Source of the DNA: Tubulanus polymorphus
Lineage: Eukaryota; Animalia; Nemertea
Assembly (NCBI RefSeq): GCF_964204645.1
Contig: NC_134032.1
Location: forward strand, 12,202,275 to 12,266,274
DNA length: 64,000 nt
Direction of reading: 5' to 3'
A program made the position numbers and the translations under genes. Below the pieces are notes generated by a model, which did not search any database, was not told the origin of the DNA, and worked only from the letters and a program-made list of their open reading frames with translations. Below are positions 55,991-64,000 of this stretch, piece by piece; within the stretch, counting starts at the first letter, position 1, and each line of letters opens with the position of its first letter.

Positions 55991-58174
55991 TCCCTCAATT
56001 TTCTCCAATTTCGTTTCATTATTTACACGATCAACAAAAAACATCGTAATCTCCACCGAAACCGTGATTGAGATATGGTTATCGTACGGTTATCCGTAGA
56101 ATGTACAGATATCCATAGTATATCGATGATAACTATAAGATAACACGACGCCGGGTTAACTAACAGGACGGTATTTTAGTCTGATCGATCTAATAATGGA
56201 ATATCCTATGGGATACTAACATGCCAGAGTAGCCTTTGATTTGATATGCTAATTACCTACTATCTATTTTCAGTCCAGAGTCAACAGAGTAACCCACTCA
56301 CACTGGAGTCAGTGAAGGGACTCACTCAATCCGAGGATCAGTGGAAAATATGATGTTTTATAATTCATAACACTAATTTAATGAAAGACCTGATATTTTC
56401 GAAATAACACCCTGCAAAATGTCATTTTTACGCAAAACAGATGCTGCCCCCTAGTTGCGAGGAAGTTAGTTATATTACAGCAGTAGACTGATTGATTGTT
56501 TTGAAGCAGGGGAGTGGAGATACTCGCGCTAACCCCCTTTACGTTACTGCAGGTTTTTATCATTTCAGAAACATAGATGGTTTGGTTTTGAAATCGTCCA
56601 CTAGGGGGCAGCAGTTCATTTACAGGATACAACAAACACTAAAATGGCAGCTATTTACAAAATTTTGTCATCGTTTTATGATAATATTGTGTTTCTACAA
56701 AGATTGGAGATAACATTTTGAATTTAATAATTGAAGTAATTTTCTGAAAGGTTAATGAACGCTATTTAGTTGTCGAATTCACCTAGCCCGGGGAGGGGCG
56801 GATCAAAGGTTAGCCCTGATTTTCACGGCAGAGAGCTTATCTAAAGTGAGCAGTAAGGGGACCTCACACTGTGTTGACCCCATCGCCGAACCCGCATTGG
56901 GGTAGGAAACCCGCACCCCTAGTACAGCCTGTGAGGTTAAGCCCTATGAGCTAAATACTCTGTCCCCAAGTGGCAAACTCTGGCCGTTTGAGTAAGCCCT
57001 TTACATAAGTGCATCATAAACTCTGACCTTAATCCGTGAACCCATGTTATGTGTGGTATATCATGCCCCTTGTGGTACACCGCTCCCCTGGCAGGTGAAC
57101 CCTTCCCCCAGCGTTCGACAGTGTATTTCATACATGCACATCACACATCTATAATAAAACTATGTTTTTCTATAATTGATTTTTTTTCATAACAAACGCA
57201 CACCACCCGTAGAGACTAATTCACACATACACACGCTAGGTGGCGCTGCTTATAATACACTATAAATAGTAGTAGCTTTCTGGTGGTTTATAACATCAAA
57301 CAAACGAACGAATTCCTTCTTTTAGTTCTCTCAGAAAACCCCACATAACAACGTCCTAAATCTCTATATATGATATCACATACGTCTATATCATTGCATA
57401 GCCCCTCCCTTGCCTTTCTCGATTTCTATAGTCGCGGTTATACGCCAGCCGACGTTCAGTTTGAGAGAATTACCAGCAAACATCGAACCCTTTCAAACCC
57501 ACCCCAGGTGCAAACGCTCTAATACAAGTGTATCCGCAGCCCGTAGCCTGCAATAGTTCTGATATTCTATACTCATATTCTTCTCATTTCTGATCATCCA
57601 TAGAATATTCAGCCATATTGATCGCACGAGTTCGACACTTCACCCGCGACAATTTTAACGCCAGACATAAGGCATCTACCGGCACACTGCAAAAACTGAT
57701 CATCCAGACTTCACACTAAAATAGTGAATTTCTGATTGGGGTGGCTCCAAGTTGCCGAATGCCCGAGCTCCAGGCTGCAGATCGCTACCTGCATAATAAT
57801 GAACTATTCTAAGTCTGTCGTGGTTTGAGTGCATTTCATAAGCGTCTATCTAAAAGTGGAAACCGTTTCGTAAATCCGAGCTTTGTAGTAGTTTTTACAC
57901 GAAATTCGACAGAAAATGTTAACATGCTTGTGACAACTAGATGGCGTTAGTGGTTATTCATATCATTAATCGTAAATATTAATTCATTAATTATCAATAG
58001 TGGAATCAATTCGTTATCGATCGATGCAGAGTACAAAACACGTAGATAATTAATTTTTTCGCGATTTTAACGAGAGATTTTCCCGTTACACACACTTTAT
58101 AGTTACAAGTAACCAACCTCCTTATTGATTAATTAATCATAATCATTAATAATCAATTATCATAATTTCATAAG

Positions 58175-58175
<1 letters not shown>

Positions 58176-58266
<91 letters not shown>
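58176..58266. repeat. (TA)n microsatellite
   Basis: Directly visible in the sequence. Confidence 0.95.
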
Positions 58267-58269
<3 letters not shown>

Positions 58270-61200
58270 TAATATTATCATTATTATTATCATGGTAATT
58301 CTTTTCACGCGTATAAAATTTGTTAGTATCAAAAACAAAGTGTTGTTTTATAAGGCAGTTTTAGGTTCATTTTTTTTTCATCATCTCATCAAACATATCT
58401 CAATAACTAACACACACGCGCGCGCAATTCTATTTCTCATTGAGAATTCCTTCGCCCCTGATAATTAACAGAATTCATTGATTAACTAATTCATCAACCG
58501 ATTCAACCGAGTTAAGCGTGGTCCAGCTTCATCGGTTTCGAGCGTCTGTAGGATCTAATATTTCACCGATATGTTTTCAAGGTTTCTCATTATAACAATT
58601 GTTATACATTGTTAGTTTGGCATCGTCGTCTTGGTTTCTACCAAATTCGGCCGAGTCCGACCCTGTCTTTGAACTTTGTGTTTGCATCCAAAAATTGGTT
58701 TTATATTTTCCGTTAACCACTTGAGTTTTTACGATGGTGACAATTTGTAATTATGGTCTATTTTATAGTAAATTAGGTTTCACATGCTTATCGCGGTAAC
58801 AGAGGTTAGTTTTCCCTGTTTTGACGCATGGCTTCGAAAGGTGGATTTTACTTTTACCCATTCACATTATCGGTTTTTCATCATGGTTAAAACAGTGACA
58901 GGAGTTTTGAAATAATGATCAACTCGGACTTTTTAATTTCGTTGAATGCAATACCAGTGCTCCGCGCATATTGCGAAAAACCTTACAACATTTTCCAACA
59001 TATTCCAGCGTTTTGATTGGCTGCGATTTCTCGATCGAATTATTTTACCTGTCCAATTACTGATGGTTACCGAAGGCATTAATAAAATACAGATACCGGA
59101 TTAAAACATTATTCTGAAACATAAGTGACGACAAAAATTCAAGCGCTTTCAATTATCTTTTAATGTCATGGCAGCTTTTTTGCTCTGCGCCTCAGCGAGA
59201 TGTTTACCCGACCCCTGTTGTGACGATGTCTTGGTTAAAAACCAGGTCAAAACAACCAAATGAAATGGTGACCAGATTAAAAAATGCCTTAAGCTCTTAC
59301 ATGTAGGTACCAGTACTCAGAATAATGACTTATTCAATGTAGAAAGAAATCTTTCTGCAGAAATTCCAGCTTTCCTTTTTTACGGTTAATTATGTGAAGT
59401 AGAAAAACTTGTGTGCGTTTGAAATTAACAGATATGTAACAATAGACAATTAGAAATCAAATAAACATTTTCAAAAATGCCACCAAGCAGCCATTTTTTG
59501 GACTGAGTTCCATAATTTTCGGTTGAGTATCTGGACCCAGTTTTACAGATACTAGCAGGAAAAGTAGTCCACTTTCGAGATTTTATATCATAACTGAGTA
59601 CGGGATAAAATAACTTCGACTACTTAGCTCAAACTGTAGAACTGGGCCCTCTTCCGCAAAGATATCGAGATAACCAAACTCTCTTAAAACTGGATCCCAG
59701 GCTGCGCTGCGATCACAATTTTCAATCGCGAATCAGTGATAAGATTTTTTGGAATTAACTCAAAAACGTCGAAGACCGAAAAAGACGGGGCATGTTTTTT
59801 GTACCAATCTGACAACCGAGCTGGTAGCAGGATAACATCATGTCCGGTCAGCCTAGCCACAAAAACCGTCAGCTCCTGTCATCAACTATAGTAACTGTCG
59901 AAAATATCACTCAATCAAACAAAATACTATCAACTTTAAAAATAGCGAAGAAAAATATCACAAACTAGATAACTCCTGAAATTCTTATGCTTTACCCTCT
60001 ATAAATAGAATATCTCATCATCAGTAAACAAAACCGCGAAACTCGTAACAACAACAAAAATTCTGTGCCTAACAAACTATAAAGTCTCAAGATTGACACA
60101 CAGTGTCTGGAATAAAACAAAAATATCTAACAGAAATTCTATTTACATATAAATCCGTATTTACAATTCATTAGAATTTTAGCCCGAATCAGATATAAGT
60201 CGAAAATAAGGCGCGCATATGTACAGATTAGGGTATGCAGAGGAAGGGGGTGGCTGCAAGGGCATCTGCGAGACTTAAATCGACATATGTTTGTCAGAAG
60301 AGGCTCCAAAATTCTTCAGATTTTTCTCAACTTTAACCCAAAGATTTACCTTCATGAGTCTATGCATCTTTTTGAATCAGATTGTCAGATCCCTTGCGTA
60401 AACAGATTCTGATCTTCAGCAGCCTTTCCCGGTGGATCTGTTATACTCACTACCAGATCCAGATTCTCAAAAAACTGTCAATTAACTTGAAATCTAACTC
60501 ACTTCAACCTTTCAGTGAAAATTGGGCCATGGATCCATGCCAGAGTAGTCGTTATACCCCCAATTTCGACTTATATCGTCTGCTTTTGGCCCCTATTTTT
60601 GATTATCAAAAAAAAAAAATTTAAATGCACTAAAACTCGAGATGCAGAACCGAGCATTTCCTCGTGAACAAAAACATACGCATACACTGGCCCGCAGTAC
60701 GCGCGAAAATCATCCATAAAATACGAAAGGATAGTAATGTCTAATTACACCACCCGGTGGCGCTCTTCTACAGTTCTTATCACAGGCAGATTTTATTATT
60801 CTTTCTATTACATCTCGGTTCCGGAAAATTTATCGCGGATTACACTCGACTCCCGGCTAACTCAAGCGTCATGAAATGGGATCGAAGTCGCGATCACACG
60901 GAGACAATTTGGCGCGGATTGGACCCGAGTCTCACTCGGACCGTGCTTAATCGTAGATCACAATGCTATCAAAGCTATGACAAACAACAAGCTGATTCCC
61001 TTCCAGAATCAGTTAGCATTCACACGCAATAATTCTACACAAGTTATGGAATTTCACTCCGGCCACGTCCGACATTCATTGGTCGGGCCAAATTCGACCG
61101 GCGTAAAAAATGCTTGTATGATCGCGGCTTAAATCGTAAGACTAAGTCAGGCTAGACTTTTCTTCGAAGCAACCATTTCGACCTCAAAAGTCGAATTATC

Positions 61201-61320
61201 AACCCGCGCAACAATACTGTGGAACCGGTAGTTCGCAAAACGTGTTAATTCAAAGAGGTAACCGCACCTCGACGATAAACGAAGCGCCCGACGCGCGGCG
61301 CTATTCATTCCGAATGTTTA

Positions 61321-61422
61321 TTAGGAGGAATCTTCGTCGTCCATGAACTGAATGAAATGAGCGACGATCGGCTGCAACATTCGCGGCGTTTTGTGCAACG
61401 TAGCGTCGTAACTATGCAACGC
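61321..61422 (-). CDS. Candidate alternative terminal exon of the RIM gene (ALHSYDATLHKTPRMLQPIVAHFIQFMDDEDSS*)
   Basis: Long GT/T-rich tract + tttgcag acceptor on the - strand; 102-nt phase-0 open frame to TAA; exon-like GC content. Confidence 0.5.
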   Translation of the reverse strand, partial: ALHSYDATLHKTPRMLQPIVAHFIQFMDDEDSS

Positions 61423-63827
61423 CTGCAAACAATGTAAACAACAAAAATAAACAAACAAACGACAACAAAAAACAACAACAGCGACTTAGACTGAGGCGAA
61501 AGAAATTGCGTTAAAATTCTGTGATTGTCTAAATGGAAATTATTCCCAGGGATTAGGATGATGAACTCCTAAGGGCAGCTTACGGGAGATAACACCAAAA
61601 TACTCAAAAGCATATGACTATAACATGGACATAAACAACTTGGTTATGAATTCTTAGGATTCGCTATGATAGCTGGATGACTGCTATGACTCTTCAGATG
61701 GATCCCAGGGACCCTAACTAACTACGGTACCCGGAGATGACTCCCAAATGATATAGGACTCTCAAGCACTGACACAACTACAAACAACAACTTGAGGACG
61801 ATTCCCAGGGACTCTTAAGCACTTGGAGATGAACTCCCAGGGACTACAAATAACTACTTTCATACTGGGTACTTGGAAATGAAGCTTGGATGTTGTAGGT
61901 TCCACTGACTTGAGTTATCGGTTACAAGTTATTTTGAGTAGTCACACTCAGCCCCATTTCTAGATTCATTACTTAAAACAATCTATCGAAATATATAGAT
62001 TATAGATCATTTGAGGCTGGTTGAATTCTCTTGCAACATTTTCCTGATTTTTTCCCAGGAGCCATAAGTTCGCTTATTGATACACAGACATCAACTTCAC
62101 GACCCCACTGACTTACACTTGAAACTGTTGATTTTAGAATAGAATTTACCAAAACTGTCAAACCCAGTACCACATTTGAACTGGGTCGAGAGACTTTCGT
62201 CAGTGGAACCATGCACACACCCATGGACAAACATTTCAGCATTTCAACTAAACGAATTCTACATCAAATAAAGATGGCTACAAGGCAGGTATAGAGGGAG
62301 GTAAGGGAAGGAGAGGTTATAATCGGAGGGAGGTGTTAGCAGACATTGTGTCACTCACCACAATCTTCTATCTGCAGTTCAACTACAAATTGAACATGAT
62401 TTCATTACGCATTAATTAACCCCAATTAACATAAATACTAATTAATGTATGGATCTCTTCCATATTTAGACACTCGTGGTCAATATGGTTGCAACTGTAA
62501 ATCCCCTGAAGGACATCATCAAATTAGGAAAGCAACGACAATCTAATCGTCAATTTTTGTTAATTTCGAATTACTGGGAAAATTACGTCATAGGGAAATT
62601 TCTGAATGGTTGGTCATTAATAGCATTTGAAATGTCGACGCCATAAGGGAATTTATCGAGCGAGGCAGCCATCGTTTCTGGAAGGGTCTAATAATTCAAA
62701 TCGTGCGATAAATAGAAAACAAAATATCATCGTACAGAAAAGATAAAAGCATGCGTGAAAATTTGAAAAAAAATTTCTAAGAATATTCTTCAAAAAGAGT
62801 AATAGACACCACTGATGAAAATGTTAGATATAAATGAACTATACCTTAAAATATACTGATTTAGGCAAATATTCACCGATAAAATCCACCGAATGAAAAC
62901 CGAATGTTAAAACTGTATTGAAGCAAGAAAAATTTCTGCGTTTAGAAAAATGTCATCGTTCAACTAAGAGTCTTTTCCCTGTACACCGAGAAAGATAGCT
63001 GGTCACCATTTTAAATCAGACTCTGACATTTGATTAGTCCCATAACCCGTGAAAAAAACTGCCATGACCATAAAGAAATATCTTAACAGTATGAATTTAA
63101 AATTTTCTGGCGAGAGAACAAAAACTTTTATCATAGGACGTTTCAATTTGTGGTTAACTCGTGAGAATTTTGATAACAAGCAGCTTTGGAAGTTCGACAA
63201 ACCGAAACTTGCAAATGAAGCATTAAACTGGTACCCTCCTACCACAGCGCCAAAATTACATGGGTAGCCTTATAAAAATCGTACCCATAACACCGACAAG
63301 GTATTGGTACCTAACGCCAAACTTTTAGAACCCTTTCATGTAACTTGACAAACTAACTGTGGCACACTTCCATGCCAAACTTATACTTGTACTATTGTAC
63401 TGCACCAGAGCTGGCCCGTTGTACCAAAAAGCCAACAACATGGTACCTAATATACCACAAGGCAACTGGGTACCCTATGCCAACCTCATACTGGATACAC
63501 TGGTACCCTATGACGATGCCGTATATATATCTTATATGTTTAGTACCTTGTACCACGCCAAACTTACAATGGTACCCTAATATGACACCCCCTTTTACCA
63601 GCACCCTTATATCGCAACGCCAACCGTTAACCAGCACCCGTTCACCACAATGCGACGGGTCACACTCCCAAGAGAACAAAATTGCGGACACACGTTTCCA
63701 AAAACAGCACCCTCTAGTGGTTGAAACCTTAGCTAATTCGATTCGTAATGCGTTCGCGACCACTAGATGGCGCGATCGTTTCGGAATACGGCGCAGCGCC
63801 GCGCGGTGATTAAACCTAAAGCAGTCA

Positions 63828-64000
63828 CTACACTCGTGAAGCGGGAATAGGCGCCGAACTTCCACCGTAAGATTGACTATCTAAAGAAGACGAGGAACTT
63901 CTCCGATGGTGATGACTAACCAGAGACGACGTCGTGAACAGTTTATACCAGCCAATCACAATGTTCGATAAATCGAGGTCGTCCAGCGATATTTGGCCGA
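63828..64000 (-). CDS. RIMS: RIM/UNC-10 (regulating synaptic membrane exocytosis protein) terminal coding exon, end of C2B domain; runs off the window edge
   Basis: Manual translation of the - strand gives GQISLDDLDLSNIVIGWYKLFTTSSLVSHHHRRSSSSSLDSQSYGGSSAPIPASRV*. This matches the RIM C-terminal pattern QIxLDxLDLSNxVIGWYKLF..SSLV...RRxSxSSLxS. Confidence 0.9.
   Translation of the reverse strand, partial: GQISLDDLDLSNIVIGWYKLFTTSSLVSHHHRRSSSSSLDSQSYGGSSAPIPASRV

Noticed and set aside
61402-61422. ALHSYDA as an SH3 domain start
   Set aside because: Stop after 33 aa and no WW or GxxP motifs.
63359-63865. 145- and 157-aa ORFs
   Set aside because: Span a degenerate GGTACC/GCCAAAC repeat downstream of the RIM stop; the real coding frame is the RIM exon.

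Overview
This window is eukaryotic (invertebrate metazoan, probably spiralian; inference) genomic DNA, not prokaryotic. The main gene is a spliced class II DYRK kinase (DYRK4-like) on the + strand. Its 12 common coding exons (19250-36930) join in frame into a 707-aa protein starting at Met 19260. Upstream and inside this gene are about eight short ATG-started candidate alternative first exons. The six upstream of 19250 end at phase-2 GT donors and the two between 19358 and 30181 end at phase-0 donors, which are the phases the next common exon needs. Six intronless rhodopsin-type (FMRFamide/peptide-receptor-like) GPCR loci are present: an antisense pair nested in the DYRK4 5' region and four downstream. 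In each recent paralog pair one copy carries a single disabling lesion, and differences concentrate in the extracellular loops. The last 173 bp hold the terminal C2B-domain exon of a RIM/UNC-10 gene on the - strand, with a candidate alternative last exon at 61321-61422. The rest is minisatellites, MITEs, SINEs, nested LINE fragments, Penelope-type hammerhead ribozyme motifs and a recent local triplication.
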